DNA of 64,000 nucleotides from an uncultured cyanobacterium (lineage in GTDB: Bacteria; Cyanobacteriota; Cyanobacteriia; Cyanobacteriales; CAWCAG01). The position numbers and the translations under genes are program-made. The notes under the pieces are model-generated. The model had not been told where the DNA came from and made no database searches. It saw nothing but the letters and a program-made list of their open reading frames with translations. The stretch lies in the NCBI GenBank assembly GCA_963803805.1, contig CAWDOD010000007.1, positions 96,001-160,000 of the forward strand, written 5' to 3'. This document shows, in pieces, positions 50,166 through 61,621 of the stretch (position 1 is the first letter of the stretch; the number at the start of each line of letters is the position of its first letter).

Positions 50166-53100
50166 CTATGTTGTTCTTAATTGTTGCTGACAACGTTCGA
50201 GATAAATTTGTGTCACTTTATCCCCAGGATTTTTGACTAAACAGTCTCTAAACGTAGCAGCAGCTTCAGAAAACTTTTTAGCATTATAAAGAAAAATTCC
50301 CCTTTCAAAAGCAGATTTAGTAACTAGTTTTGCTTCTTTTATTTCTAAAGGTTCAGCATCAAATACTTCATAGACAGTAACAGCTTCTGTTTTACCTTTA
50401 ACTGTTACTTTATCTATAATACGAATGCTATAGTGATGGTGATTATTTAAAGCTTCAAAAGTATGCTGGGTAATCAATAAGGTTACTTGATAATCTTTAG
50501 TTAAAGCTTCTATACGAGATGCTAAATTAACTGCGTCACTAATCACCGTTCCTTCCATACGATTAGTTCCCCCCACAGTACCTAGCATTAATAAACCTGT
50601 ATTAATCCCAATGCCAATTTTGATAGGAGGGCGCTTGCCACCGCCACGAGTTTTGTTATATTCAGCGATAGTTTGTAACATAGCAATACCGGCTTTCACC
50701 GCATCATCAGCCGAACCGTCAAATAAGGCCATAATGGCATCGCCAATAAACTTATCAATGAAGCCATTATTATCAGCAATTACAGGTTCCATACGGCTGA
50801 GAAAAGCATTGATAAATCGAAAATTATCTTGAGGATTCATTATTTCTGAAAGAGAAGTAAAGGAACGAAGATCAGAAAATAAAACCGACATTTTCCTTTG
50901 TACGGCATCCCCTAACTTGACATCAGCGATACTTTTTTTATTTAATAATTGGAGAAATTGGCGAGGTACAAACCTTTCATTAGCTTTGTTTAATTGAGAG
51001 AGTTCTGCTGTAAATCTTTCTCTTTCTGCTTCAGCTTTCTTGCGTTCTGTGATATCTTGAAAAGCAGAAATTCCGTAAGCAATTTGTCCTGTTTCATCAA
51101 AAATGGGCGTACCCCAAGCTTCTAAGGGTATGGCTTTATTACCGCGGCGAACTTCAATATTATCGACGGTTTTGCTTTCACCTTTCAAAGCCCGTCTACT
51201 AGGTAAATTTTCTTGAGGATATAGCTCATCAGTACCAGTAGTATAAATTTTATAAGCATTGCTTTGCCGAGGGTTACTCTCATTAGGAACTACCCCTTGA
51301 CCTAATAACTCTTTAGCCCGATGATTACTATAATAAGGATTTCCTTTAGTATCAAATACTGCTACCCCCACAGGCATAGCTTCTAGGAATTGAGTTAAAC
51401 GGCTTTCGCTTTCTCTTACTTCTGAATAAAGTTTGGCATTGGTAATAGAAATTGCGGCTTGGGAAGATAAGAGTTTAATAATTTCTAAGCGATTAGCTGT
51501 AAAAGCTCCTGTGGTTAGATTATTTTCCAAATAAATAATACTAACTAATCTACTTTGATTAATTAAAGGAACACAAAGAATTGATTGGGGTTGATAATCT
51601 CTAATATAGGCATCATGAGTGAATTTCCCTTCGTAAGCAGGATCGTTTAAGACTAAATTTTCATGGGTACGGGCAACATAGTTGATAATTGAAACAGGAA
51701 CTTCTTGGGTTGTATTTTTAATTAAAACTGATTGCCATCTTTGCACTTTAGCAGACTCTATTGTCCCTACAGCTTCAATAAAAAGTTGACCTTTATTTTG
51801 TAAAATAAGAACCCCAACCTCTGCTCCAGCATTTTCTAGTAACATAGTCATAAGATTGGCAAGAAGCTTATCTAAAATAATTTCTCCAGCAATAGCTTGA
51901 GAGGATTTAATAACAGTTGCCAAATCTAAATACTGCCCATATTGATTACCGGTTTTTGAGTTGGTAAACTGAGTTGATTCTAGGGAATAATTTAGAGGTG
52001 TATAATTGCCTTGAAAAAGCTGAGGATATTGATTCTCTAGCTGATTTGCCTTAGCTTTTGCTCCCCAGCGAAGATAACAATAATGAGCATCTAATAAATA
52101 GGCACGGGCGATTTTCTTCTTTCCTCTACTTAAATAGAATTTCGCTGCCAACTCATTAGCAAGGGCTTCTTCATTAACATACTGAGTCTCTCTAGCTAAG
52201 GCGATCGCATTATCATAACTATCCATCGCTTCGGTAAAGTCACCAAGAAAACGATGTTTTTCAGCTTCAATGAGATAAAATTTATGTAAAAAATTAACCG
52301 GAGCGCAGTCAGCTAAAAATTTAATTACTTGCTGGTGATTTGCTATCTGATCAAGGACTTTTTCTTGTTCTTTTCCATCGCTAGCATTGGCAATAGCTAA
52401 CTTGATCAAAGCTGCATAAAAGTGAAAAATTGGTGTTAGCAAAGAGCCAACAGCTACATCTAAATCCTGTGTCGCAGCTTCTATATTATCCAGGGCTTTA
52501 GGTAGTTCTCCAAAGAGATAACAAAGTATACTGGTTTGTAAGTTAACTAAATAAACTGAACTTCTACTATTGACTTTGATATACCAGGGGAACCAAACCT
52601 CAACATCATAAGCTTCTCCAACCAGATAGCAAGGATTTTCTGCGTTTCCTGTTAAGTTAAGTGCTACTTGATAAAAAATAGAAATAGTTTGCCAATCTGA
52701 TTGTTGTTTGAGTTGGCTAATCATGTCGCGATAGGCAACTATTTCTGCTTGGAATTTAACTAAATCTTGTCCTAGAAAATAGTAATGTAAAGCGTAACTA
52801 CTTGCTCCGTGAGCAGCATACTCTATATCCCCAATTTCTAAACCTATTTGATAGGCATCCACAGAAAAATGTAAAGTTTCTCTTACAGAAGCACGAAAAT
52901 GTTTAACTAAGCTATTAACGATGTGAAAAGTTTTGGCTTGGACTTCTTTTGTCTCTAAGAAATCTAATAGATCTAAAGCAAGTTCTCCAAAGCGGTAACC
53001 ATTATCTACATCGTGAAAAATCGCACAAAGTATGCTGCCATAATAAGCATAAGCAGGGGCCGAAAGTGAAGTATTACCATACTCTAAAGAAAGCTTAACT

Positions 53101-55916
53101 TGCTCAAAAACGAACAAGGGTATCATAGCAGGAAAAGCAGAATAACTAGCAGTTATAGCACCAGAAATAATTCCCATAGCTGCTAACTTGTCATTAGCAT
53201 CCATGATAGGTAAATCAACTAATTCTTCAATGGCTTTTGTACCTAAAGCGATTTGAACTTCTCTTTGTCCTCTTTTAATATCTTCTTGAGTGGGCTGTTG
53301 AGGAAATTGTATACCTAGTTTTTCAAGGACAGATATAGCACTACCTAAAGCTTCTAAAGGTCGATTTTGAGCTATATAAGTTTGAATATCGCTCTCATAA
53401 ACTTTAATCTTGTCGAGTATATTTTTAGCTTCTTGAATAACTATATTGCCTAACTCCAGCCTTTGTTCAAAGTTGCCATTAAGATAAGCAACCTCTACTG
53501 CTATTTCATAAAGTGCTAAACTCAGGTCATATTCTTCTTGCCAACTATCTTGACTTAAAAGCCTAATACCAACTTCAAGATAGTCGAGAGCTAATTTGTA
53601 ATCAGCAGAAGCCTTAGCTTTACGCCCAGCTAGTAAATTAAGCTTAGCCAGCTCATTTTTTTGTTTTCTATCTTCAATAATAGCAACGCTAAAATTAAGC
53701 TGATTAACAATCTCAAAAATCTTTTCTTCTTGTTGTTGCCAAGATTTATTTTCTAGTAGTAGCTGTCCAATTTGCTTGTGTAGTTTCTGTTTTTCTAATT
53801 TAGAAGTTAAAGAATAAGCCGCTTGCTGAATTCTATCATGGATAAATTTGTAGTAAACTTTTTGTGTTAATTCTTCAACAATGTTCAATTCAATAGATTT
53901 GTAGTGATTATCTAAAGGGACAATCAAGTTTTCTACTAAGGCTTCGTGGAGTAAAGAAACTACTTTTTTGATAGATTGCCCTGATACTATAACTAAAGTT
54001 TCTACATCAAACTGATTACCAATACAAGCAGCTAACTTTAGCAGATACTGAGTTTCACTAGCGAGGTTTTGAATCTTATCTGCCATTAAATCAATAACGT
54101 TATCTGTGAAATTGCACTCTTGAATTTCTCTTAAACTCCAGTACCATTTACTTTGTTGATAGTCAAAGTAAAGCAAATTTTTGCTATAGAGAGATTGCAA
54201 AAATTCGTTCAAGAAGAAAGGATTACCATCAGTCTTGCGATGAATTAATTGGGCTAGAGGTTCTGCTGTAGAAAAATCACATTGAAGGGTGTCAGCAACT
54301 AACTGTTGGACATTATTTAAAGCTAAAGGTGCTAAGGTAAGATGATTAGTTTTAGCTCCCTCTTGAATAATTTCTTCTACTGTTAAAATTAAAGGGTGAG
54401 TCAAGTCAGTTTGGTTATCTCGGTAAGCTCCAATGAGTAAAAAGCCCCCTTTGTTCTCCTCTATAATAAGAGATTTAAGAAGCTTTAGCGAAGCGGGATC
54501 TGCCCAGTGTAAATTGTCTAAAAATAATACTAAAGGATGTTTAGGAGAAATAAAAACTCTGATAAACTTTTGAAAAATAATGTCGAAGCGTTGTTTTATT
54601 ACTTTAGGACTTAACTCGGTTTCAGACTGTTCTTGTCCCAAAATCAAATTTATTTCAGGAACAAATTGAGCCATAGCTGTAATAGCATTTCCTAAAACAT
54701 TACGTAACTTAGAGCGCCATCTACTTAAGCTTTCTTCGCTTTCAGTTAATATCTGTTCAATCAAACCCTTAAAAGCCTGGATTATGCCTGAATAGGGAAC
54801 ATTACTTTTTAACTTGTCAAACTTACCTCTCAAAAAATAACCGCGCTGACGAGTAATTGGTTTGTATATTTCTTGAACTAAAACTGATTTACCAATACCA
54901 GGATATCCTGAAACCAAAACCATCTCTGAAGAAGGGAAGGTACTAATTTCATTTCCTACTTTTCCTGAGACACGGTCAAATATAGTTAATAAAGTTTTGA
55001 TTTCTTCTTCTCGACCATAAAGTTTTTGTGAAATTTGGAATTTATCAGCAATATCTTGACTTGCCAATTCAAAATCTTCTACATCTCCTCTGGACTTGAA
55101 TTGTTGTAAACATTTTTCTAAGTCTGCTTTGATTCCCCTAGCACTTTGATAGCGATCTTCAGCATTTTTTTCCAAAAGTTTCATGACAATTCGAGAAACT
55201 ACTTGGGGAATCTTATTATTAACTTGATGGGGAGTTAGAGGTTTTTTGGCAATGTGAGCATGAACTAATTCTAGAGGATCTTCACTCTCAAAAGGTAGCT
55301 GATTAGTAAGTAATTTATAAAAGGCAACTCCCAAAGAATAAAAATCCGTTCTATAATCTAGGGAACGGTTCATGCGACCAGTTTGCTCTGGTGACATATA
55401 GGGTAGTGTACCTTCAAGAATTTGAGCATTTTTGATTGAAGCATTTTCTTTGGTAAGGATGGTAGAAATGCCAAAATCTATAAGCTTAACTTGACCAGTT
55501 TGATGATTAAAAACTATATTAGCTAAATTAATATCTTTATGAATAATATGGGCTGCATGAACTAAACTCAAAGCGTTGGTGACTGCAATTCCTAAAGAGA
55601 AAAACTCTTCTAGTCTAACTAGACATTCTTCTAGATATCTTTTTAAAGAAATACCACCAAAATCTTCAAACACAATCATGAGATATTGGTCACTACTTTC
55701 AAAGCTCAAAGCTTTAATTATTGCTGCTGATTTTAAAGAGCTACTAATTTTGTATTCTTGCTTATATCTGGCAATTTCTTCGATACTAGGATTGCTTTTA
55801 TTTAATACTTTGAGAACTACTTTCTGTCCATCTTGATCACGTTGTCCACGATAAACAAAAGACCTTTCAGATGAATATATTTCTTCAGTTATGTTATACC
55901 CTGGAATAGTAATCAT
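50166..55916 (-). CDS. Multidomain Ser/Thr kinase - AAA ATPase - GAF - PAS - class III adenylate cyclase
   Basis: HKDIN, DFG, YMSPEQTGRMNR, GYPGIGKS, TDGNPFF, GAF YLENN, FQDITERK, FSDLRSFT, DKFIGDA, DAVNLASRIE. Confidence 0.92.
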   Translation of the reverse strand: MITIPGYNITEEIYSSERSFVYRGQRDQDGQKVVLKVLNKSNPSIEEIARYKQEYKISSSLKSAAIIKALSFESSDQYLMIVFEDFGGISLKRYLEECLVRLEEFFSLGIAVTNALSLVHAAHIIHKDINLANIVFNHQTGQVKLIDFGISTILTKENASIKNAQILEGTLPYMSPEQTGRMNRSLDYRTDFYSLGVAFYKLLTNQLPFESEDPLELVHAHIAKKPLTPHQVNNKIPQVVSRIVMKLLEKNAEDRYQSARGIKADLEKCLQQFKSRGDVEDFELASQDIADKFQISQKLYGREEEIKTLLTIFDRVSGKVGNEISTFPSSEMVLVSGYPGIGKSVLVQEIYKPITRQRGYFLRGKFDKLKSNVPYSGIIQAFKGLIEQILTESEESLSRWRSKLRNVLGNAITAMAQFVPEINLILGQEQSETELSPKVIKQRFDIIFQKFIRVFISPKHPLVLFLDNLHWADPASLKLLKSLIIEENKGGFLLIGAYRDNQTDLTHPLILTVEEIIQEGAKTNHLTLAPLALNNVQQLVADTLQCDFSTAEPLAQLIHRKTDGNPFFLNEFLQSLYSKNLLYFDYQQSKWYWSLREIQECNFTDNVIDLMADKIQNLASETQYLLKLAACIGNQFDVETLVIVSGQSIKKVVSLLHEALVENLIVPLDNHYKSIELNIVEELTQKVYYKFIHDRIQQAAYSLTSKLEKQKLHKQIGQLLLENKSWQQQEEKIFEIVNQLNFSVAIIEDRKQKNELAKLNLLAGRKAKASADYKLALDYLEVGIRLLSQDSWQEEYDLSLALYEIAVEVAYLNGNFEQRLELGNIVIQEAKNILDKIKVYESDIQTYIAQNRPLEALGSAISVLEKLGIQFPQQPTQEDIKRGQREVQIALGTKAIEELVDLPIMDANDKLAAMGIISGAITASYSAFPAMIPLFVFEQVKLSLEYGNTSLSAPAYAYYGSILCAIFHDVDNGYRFGELALDLLDFLETKEVQAKTFHIVNSLVKHFRASVRETLHFSVDAYQIGLEIGDIEYAAHGASSYALHYYFLGQDLVKFQAEIVAYRDMISQLKQQSDWQTISIFYQVALNLTGNAENPCYLVGEAYDVEVWFPWYIKVNSRSSVYLVNLQTSILCYLFGELPKALDNIEAATQDLDVAVGSLLTPIFHFYAALIKLAIANASDGKEQEKVLDQIANHQQVIKFLADCAPVNFLHKFYLIEAEKHRFLGDFTEAMDSYDNAIALARETQYVNEEALANELAAKFYLSRGKKKIARAYLLDAHYCYLRWGAKAKANQLENQYPQLFQGNYTPLNYSLESTQFTNSKTGNQYGQYLDLATVIKSSQAIAGEIILDKLLANLMTMLLENAGAEVGVLILQNKGQLFIEAVGTIESAKVQRWQSVLIKNTTQEVPVSIINYVARTHENLVLNDPAYEGKFTHDAYIRDYQPQSILCVPLINQSRLVSIIYLENNLTTGAFTANRLEIIKLLSSQAAISITNAKLYSEVRESESRLTQFLEAMPVGVAVFDTKGNPYYSNHRAKELLGQGVVPNESNPRQSNAYKIYTTGTDELYPQENLPSRRALKGESKTVDNIEVRRGNKAIPLEAWGTPIFDETGQIAYGISAFQDITERKKAEAERERFTAELSQLNKANERFVPRQFLQLLNKKSIADVKLGDAVQRKMSVLFSDLRSFTSLSEIMNPQDNFRFINAFLSRMEPVIADNNGFIDKFIGDAIMALFDGSADDAVKAGIAMLQTIAEYNKTRGGGKRPPIKIGIGINTGLLMLGTVGGTNRMEGTVISDAVNLASRIEALTKDYQVTLLITQHTFEALNNHHHYSIRIIDKVTVKGKTEAVTVYEVFDAEPLEIKEAKLVTKSAFERGIFLYNAKKFSEAAATFRDCLVKNPGDKVTQIYLERCQQQLRTT

Positions 55917-56353
55917 TGGTTTAACGAATCTACATTTTGCTCAGTGAATCTAACGGAAAGAAATGGAATTTTGAAGCGCTGTAGACTGTGGGGCTTGCGG
56001 TAGGTTATAGTTAAGTGAATATTCTTCATTATGTGCAAATTCTAGGCTCTGTGGCAAATTAGCGACCCTAAAACTTACTTAGAAACATCCTTAAGGTATA
56101 ACTGTAGGGGAAAAACCTAAGCAAAAATGAAATTATTGTGATTCTCTCATACTATGAATATGAAGTTAAGCTACCTTAGCTAGCTAGTAAAGTTAGCATC
56201 ATAACGCACATTAGCGAACAAATTCCAACAACAAAATTACTCTTACCTAAAAAAATTTGTTCAGTTTTGAGGCTGATATTTTCCACTTTAATTGAGATTT
56301 CAGTATAGCTTTATACCCAAAGACTAGTTTTAAACCAGCAATAATGAAAATGA

Positions 56354-56392
56354 AGAAGCTGTCCTAATCACCGATTAGTTAGGACAGCTTCT
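56354..56392 (-). terminator. 14-bp perfect stem downstream of the DUF3536 gene
   Basis: agaagctgtcctaa ... ttaggacagcttct. Confidence 0.65.
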
Positions 56393-56434
56393 AACTGGAA
56401 ATAGATTAAATTAAGTTCACACCGTAAACTCAAT

Positions 56435-59005
56435 CTACTTTAACCAAGCGCTCATATCTACTTCTAGTCTTTGTCCTAAATTAAACACCCAAGGGAGTTG
56501 GCGAGGATGCCAACGACAAATATCTTCGCCATTTGCTTCTAGGCAGCTAGGAATAATTTGCTGATGCAAACAACTAAAATATAGCTCTTGGACACGACTG
56601 ATATCCAAACCAAGATTAAGCTTTTTGCCTACCTCAATACTAAGTTCTAGAATTTGGATATCGTCTTTTAAACCAGTTGGCTGACGATTATACAAAATTT
56701 GCCAGAGCAAGCGTAGAATTAACTTCTCCAAAGTCTTTTTCGCTTCAGGAATTTGTAACTTACAACGCAGGCGCTTAGCTTCTGTGGCAATCACCTCTAA
56801 CTTGGTCAAATATTTTTGCCACTGCTGAGGTTCATCGGCACATTGTTCTAAGTTTCTCACTTCTAGTAAACAACGGTGAGAAAGAGCAATTTCTGCTGCT
56901 ACTTGCAACTCCTGGGGGACAGGTAAATCATCCCGTTGAAAGGCCATCAATATACCATAATTGTTGCGATAAACTTGGGTATAAAGCTGATCGAGACGGT
57001 TTTTGGTATCCTCTGTTAGCTGTTGCATAATCCGCTGTCTTTCTTCAGCGAACAACTCATCTAAACCAAAACATTTTTCCCCAAAAGCCCGGTTGAGAGT
57101 CAAAATTGTTTTAGCGGTACTTCCTTGCTCAAGGGTTTCCCAGAGTTCTTCTTTTAACTTACTATAGTTTCTTCTACCGCCAAAAGGTTGAATACAGCAA
57201 TGAAAATCCCAACCCCCTAAATGGAGGACAGCAAAAACTAAATGAACACTTTCCCAAGTGATTTGGGAAGTCAAACGTATTTGCCCCAAAGCGAGGGTAA
57301 GAGAGCCAATTTGCTGACGCTGATAATCGAGTTGCTGGGCATCATAACAGTAGATGTGGTGTTGCTGGGGATAGTCAGTAAATAGAGAACTAATAGCATA
57401 ATGTGCTGCAACCTGTTCAAATCCCACCTGGGCAGACACTACTAACTGGCGGTAAACCTCAGCACCATTACCAAACCCTTCTACATTACTTGGTGCTTTG
57501 GCTAAATGAGAGAGGAATTGCTTTTCTAACTGCACCCCCGTCACATCTCCTGCTAGCTCTATAGCGCGGGAAGCATAGCGCAGAATTTGTACCCCTTCAG
57601 GTCGGGATATCTCCTCAAAAAACCAACCACAACTAGTAAACATTAACAAAGAATGACGCTGCATTTCCAACAAGCGCAGGGCATCTATTTTTTCTGTAGC
57701 AGTAAGTTGATGAAGTTGATGGCGAGTAAAGAAATGGTTAACTTTCTCTGGGGAACGATCCAAAATAACTTGAATATATTCGTCCCTTGCTTGCCAGGGA
57801 TCAAGGAAAATTTCTCGTCCAGCATCACCATAAATCTTAACCAAGCGATCCCGTAACCAATTAAGGGCTTCTCTAAGGGGTCTACGCCACTGCTGATGCC
57901 AAACACCACCACCACCACAACCGCAGTCATTTTGCCAACGTTCAACCCCGTGGGAGCAACTCCAAGCCGTCACAGGCTTAAGTTCAACTTCCCAAGTTGG
58001 GGGAGCAATACTTAAATAGTGGGCAAAATTAGTTACTTGCCAATCTCGGTTAGGAAATTCCTGGGTAAAGGCGTAGGCAAGACATTTTTCTGTCCCTCCT
58101 TTGTGATGACCAAAAGTTTCCCCATCAGTAGCAACACTAATTAACTGTGAGGAGCGATGATCCCCACGCACTGCTTGCCCTAACCTTCTGGCTAAATGCT
58201 GGGAACTATTAAGCACTTCACTAAAACCCATATCCCCTGAGATGGGGCCATCGTAGAAGAAAATATCAATATATCTACCATCTTCAACAAAGCAGCGATA
58301 GGGACGGGTGGGATCAACTTGTCCTCCTCCTACCTCATGCCATCCTGTCTCAGGTTGCTCTGGGGTGGGGATCGTGCGGCAACGCTCTGCTTGGGTAGGA
58401 GCTAAAACAATAAACTCGATCCCCTCATCAATTAGCACCTCTAAGGTGGGATAATCTATTGCGGTTTCTGCTAGCCACATACCTTGGGGATCACGCTGGA
58501 AACGAGCGCGGAAGTCCTCTTTCCCCCAACGAATTTGGGTATATTTATCCTTTTCATTAGCTAAAGGCAGAATAATATGGTTATAAGCTTGGGCGATCGC
58601 ATTACCATAACCCAGGCGATCGCAACTTTTCCTGTCTGCATCCAGGATACGTTGATAAACTTCTAGGTCATAACGTTCTAACCACGACATCAAAGTAGGG
58701 CCAACATTAAAGCTCAAATACTCAAAGTTATTAACGATCTCAACAACTTCTCCCTGACTATTTAAAACCCTAGCAAAAGCATTGGGACGATAGCACTCAT
58801 GATAGATGCGTTCGTTCCAGTCATGGCAAGGATGGGCGCTAGCTTGCCTTTCAATGGCATCCAGATAAGGATTTTCGCGGGGAGGTTGATAAAAATGTCC
58901 GTGAACTGCGACATAAACTCCAGTGGCAGTTTTTTGGGGATCGCTAACGGCTTGGTTAGGCTCGGAAGGTTGCTCTGAACTGCTTTTAACAGCAAAAGAA
59001 GTCAT
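56435..59005 (-). CDS. GH57-family glycoside hydrolase with DUF3536
   Basis: HGHFYQPPRENP, GMWLAETA, ATDGETFGHH, WSCSHGVERW, MFTSCGWFF. Confidence 0.92.
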   Translation of the reverse strand: MTSFAVKSSSEQPSEPNQAVSDPQKTATGVYVAVHGHFYQPPRENPYLDAIERQASAHPCHDWNERIYHECYRPNAFARVLNSQGEVVEIVNNFEYLSFNVGPTLMSWLERYDLEVYQRILDADRKSCDRLGYGNAIAQAYNHIILPLANEKDKYTQIRWGKEDFRARFQRDPQGMWLAETAIDYPTLEVLIDEGIEFIVLAPTQAERCRTIPTPEQPETGWHEVGGGQVDPTRPYRCFVEDGRYIDIFFYDGPISGDMGFSEVLNSSQHLARRLGQAVRGDHRSSQLISVATDGETFGHHKGGTEKCLAYAFTQEFPNRDWQVTNFAHYLSIAPPTWEVELKPVTAWSCSHGVERWQNDCGCGGGGVWHQQWRRPLREALNWLRDRLVKIYGDAGREIFLDPWQARDEYIQVILDRSPEKVNHFFTRHQLHQLTATEKIDALRLLEMQRHSLLMFTSCGWFFEEISRPEGVQILRYASRAIELAGDVTGVQLEKQFLSHLAKAPSNVEGFGNGAEVYRQLVVSAQVGFEQVAAHYAISSLFTDYPQQHHIYCYDAQQLDYQRQQIGSLTLALGQIRLTSQITWESVHLVFAVLHLGGWDFHCCIQPFGGRRNYSKLKEELWETLEQGSTAKTILTLNRAFGEKCFGLDELFAEERQRIMQQLTEDTKNRLDQLYTQVYRNNYGILMAFQRDDLPVPQELQVAAEIALSHRCLLEVRNLEQCADEPQQWQKYLTKLEVIATEAKRLRCKLQIPEAKKTLEKLILRLLWQILYNRQPTGLKDDIQILELSIEVGKKLNLGLDISRVQELYFSCLHQQIIPSCLEANGEDICRWHPRQLPWVFNLGQRLEVDMSAWLK

Positions 59006-59326
59006 GAATTTACCAAATTAGGATAAATCGCTCATCTAAAATTCTCAGCCACTCCCAGGTCTGCAACTATTAAGAAGGGCTAGATAAATTTAAGATGTAG
59101 CGAAGAGGGAACGTACTGAAATCAACTTTTAACAACAGGACGCACAGCAAAATTCTTCGATGATGGAAAAACTTCAATAAAATACACAGTTTTTTCATTA
59201 AAACTTAATTTCAACTGAATGGGAAATTACCTTATGTTAATTTAATAATCTTTTTGCTTTTATTCTAGTTTTGTTAAAGATCACAAAGAACAATCTAAAA
59301 TAGGGTGACTCAATTTAGTTGTGCCA

Positions 59327-60421
59327 ATGTTCAACCAAAACACAATTTTTTTCCTTTTATTAGTCTTTATTCCTATCTCTATTGCTGCTCACTTTCAAGA
59401 TTGGGGGGCAGCAGTGGTTTTTATTACCGCAGGTATTGCCATCATTCCCCTAGCGGCTTTTATGGGGACAGCTACAGAAGAAATCGCTGTAGTAGTCGGT
59501 CCGAATTTAGGAGGACTATTAAATGCGACTTTTGGTAATGCTACAGAACTTATTTTGGCTTTTATTGCCCTCAATGCCGGACTAATTGAGGTAGTAAAAG
59601 CTACCATAACCGGCTCAATTATCAGTAACCTGTTATTGGTGATGGGTTTTTCTATGCTTTTAGGGGGTTTACGTTACAAAGAACAGAAGTTTGAACCTAC
59701 CACAGCCAGGTTAAATGCTTCAACTATGAACCTAGCAGTTATTGCCCTCCTTTTACCTACCGCAGTGCAGTATACATCCACCGGGATTGGGGAAGTAACC
59801 TTACAAAATCTCTCTATCGCAGTGGCAGTAGTCTTAATTGTGGTTTATGGCTTAACCCTCTTATTTTCTATGAAAACCCATTCCTACCTCTACGATGTTG
59901 GCGTAGCAGATTTCGAGGAAGAAGAGGGACAAGAAGAACATGAAGTTAATCTGGGATTGTGGATCGGGGTTCTTTTAGGAGTAACTCTTTTAGTTGCCGC
60001 AGAGTCTGAATTATTAGTAGAATCTTTAGAAGAAGCAACCTCGACATTAGGGTTAAGCGCCCTATTCACCGGCGTAATTGTCCTACCGATTATTGGTAAT
60101 GCCGCAGAACACGCCACTGCTGTCACCGTAGCTATTAAAAACAAAATGGATCTGTCTGTTTCGGTGGCAGTAGGTTCTAGTATGCAAATTGCCCTATTTG
60201 TGGCCCCGGTACTAGTAATTGCTGGTTGGTTTGTGGGACAACCAATGGATCTCGATTTTAATCCCTTTGAATTAGTCGCTGTAGCCGTATCTGTACTAAT
60301 TGCCAATTCTATTAGTTCTGACGGGGAATCTAATTGGTTAGAAGGAAGCTTACTTTTAGCTACCTATGCTGTAGTTGCCCTAGCCTTCTTCTTCCACCCA
60401 GTAGTTAAAGGACTAGGTTGA
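59327..60421 (+). CDS. cax: Calcium/proton exchanger
   Basis: LLNATFGNATE, GSIISNLLL, GNAAEH, GESNWLEG. Confidence 0.93.
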   Translation: MFNQNTIFFLLLVFIPISIAAHFQDWGAAVVFITAGIAIIPLAAFMGTATEEIAVVVGPNLGGLLNATFGNATELILAFIALNAGLIEVVKATITGSIISNLLLVMGFSMLLGGLRYKEQKFEPTTARLNASTMNLAVIALLLPTAVQYTSTGIGEVTLQNLSIAVAVVLIVVYGLTLLFSMKTHSYLYDVGVADFEEEEGQEEHEVNLGLWIGVLLGVTLLVAAESELLVESLEEATSTLGLSALFTGVIVLPIIGNAAEHATAVTVAIKNKMDLSVSVAVGSSMQIALFVAPVLVIAGWFVGQPMDLDFNPFELVAVAVSVLIANSISSDGESNWLEGSLLLATYAVVALAFFFHPVVKGLG

Positions 60422-60522
60422 ACTCATGACCCTTATTAACCAAACGACAAGGTACATTTATTTCAATTAGCGATTAGCAAAAACCCAAGTCTCAAATTTT
60501 CTAACAAGGACTGCTATACAAA

Positions 60523-61359
60523 CTACTGATGGGTCATACCATCAGGCATAATTGCTCCAGTTAACACAGCACCTGTAAAGTTAGTCTCATTTAAGTTGGC
60601 ATCAATCAAAACTGCTCTACTAAGAATAGCTCCTTGAAGATTAGCCCAACAGAGTTTAGCCCTAGTCAGTTTTGCTCCTGTCAAATCTGCCCTTGGTAAA
60701 GAAGCCCAACTGAGACTAACTTCTCTGAGGGTAGCTTCACATAAAATAGCCTTAGCTAAATTGGCACAGCTCATTTGCGCTCGGCTAAGGTTTGCCCTGG
60801 TGGCATTTATTCCAGAAGCATTAACGCTATTAAAAATGCCATCTTCTAAGTTAGCTCCTTGTAAATTAGCACCCATGAGAAAGGAATTAGTTAAGTTAAT
60901 CCCCTGTAAATTAGCTTCTGCTAAATTGGCATTCATCAACTTAGCCCTACTCATAGAAACCCCCGTTAGTTTTGCTCTTTTCAAGGTGGCATCAATTAAG
61001 ACAACTTCATTCAAGACAGCATAGCTCAAATCTGCTGAAGTCAGATTCGCTCTCCTAAGATTAGAAGCTCTTAAGCTAGCATCCACTAATTTGGCTGCCG
61101 TCAGATTAGCCTCCTCTAGGTTGCTACTAATTAAATTAGCTTCAGTTAAATTGGCTTGCAAGCTTGCACCAAAAAGATTAGCTTCTCTAAAATTAGTTCT
61201 TACTAAAGAAGCACCGATTAAGTTAGCTCGACTTAAATTACTCTCCTTTAAATTAGCGCCACTTAGATCTGCTCCACCGAGAAAGACTCCTTCGAGATTC
61301 GTTTTCTGGAAATCTCGCTCTCCGGCAGCATAGCGATTTAGGAGTTCCTCAGCATCCAT
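60523..61359 (-). CDS. Pentapeptide repeat protein
   Basis: MDAEELLNRYAAGERDF, continuous ANL repeats, MPDG. Confidence 0.92.
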   Translation of the reverse strand: MDAEELLNRYAAGERDFQKTNLEGVFLGGADLSGANLKESNLSRANLIGASLVRTNFREANLFGASLQANLTEANLISSNLEEANLTAAKLVDASLRASNLRRANLTSADLSYAVLNEVVLIDATLKRAKLTGVSMSRAKLMNANLAEANLQGINLTNSFLMGANLQGANLEDGIFNSVNASGINATRANLSRAQMSCANLAKAILCEATLREVSLSWASLPRADLTGAKLTRAKLCWANLQGAILSRAVLIDANLNETNFTGAVLTGAIMPDGMTHQ

Positions 61360-61621
61360 ACGATTTTATCCTTGGTTCTACTTATCTGGTGCAACATAAT
61401 AATCTGCATAAAAAATTAAGTTGAAAGTATATTATGTCTAATCCAAAAACGACCTTTGAGCAAGGGCGCAAAACTTAAGCTTGCTGAAAATCAGGCATTT
61501 TTCTAGGTAATTGCTCTTTTGTGAAGAAAAATGTCGTCAGAGAATCAACCATGGTAACTTACTATCTCCTTGAGACAATAAAGAAATAGCGGTAGTAATC
61601 TTAAGAAAAAGGATAAATTCA

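Noticed and set aside
59040-59160. Possible riboswitch upstream of the GH57 gene
   Set aside because: No recognisable conserved riboswitch core or convincing stem pattern.
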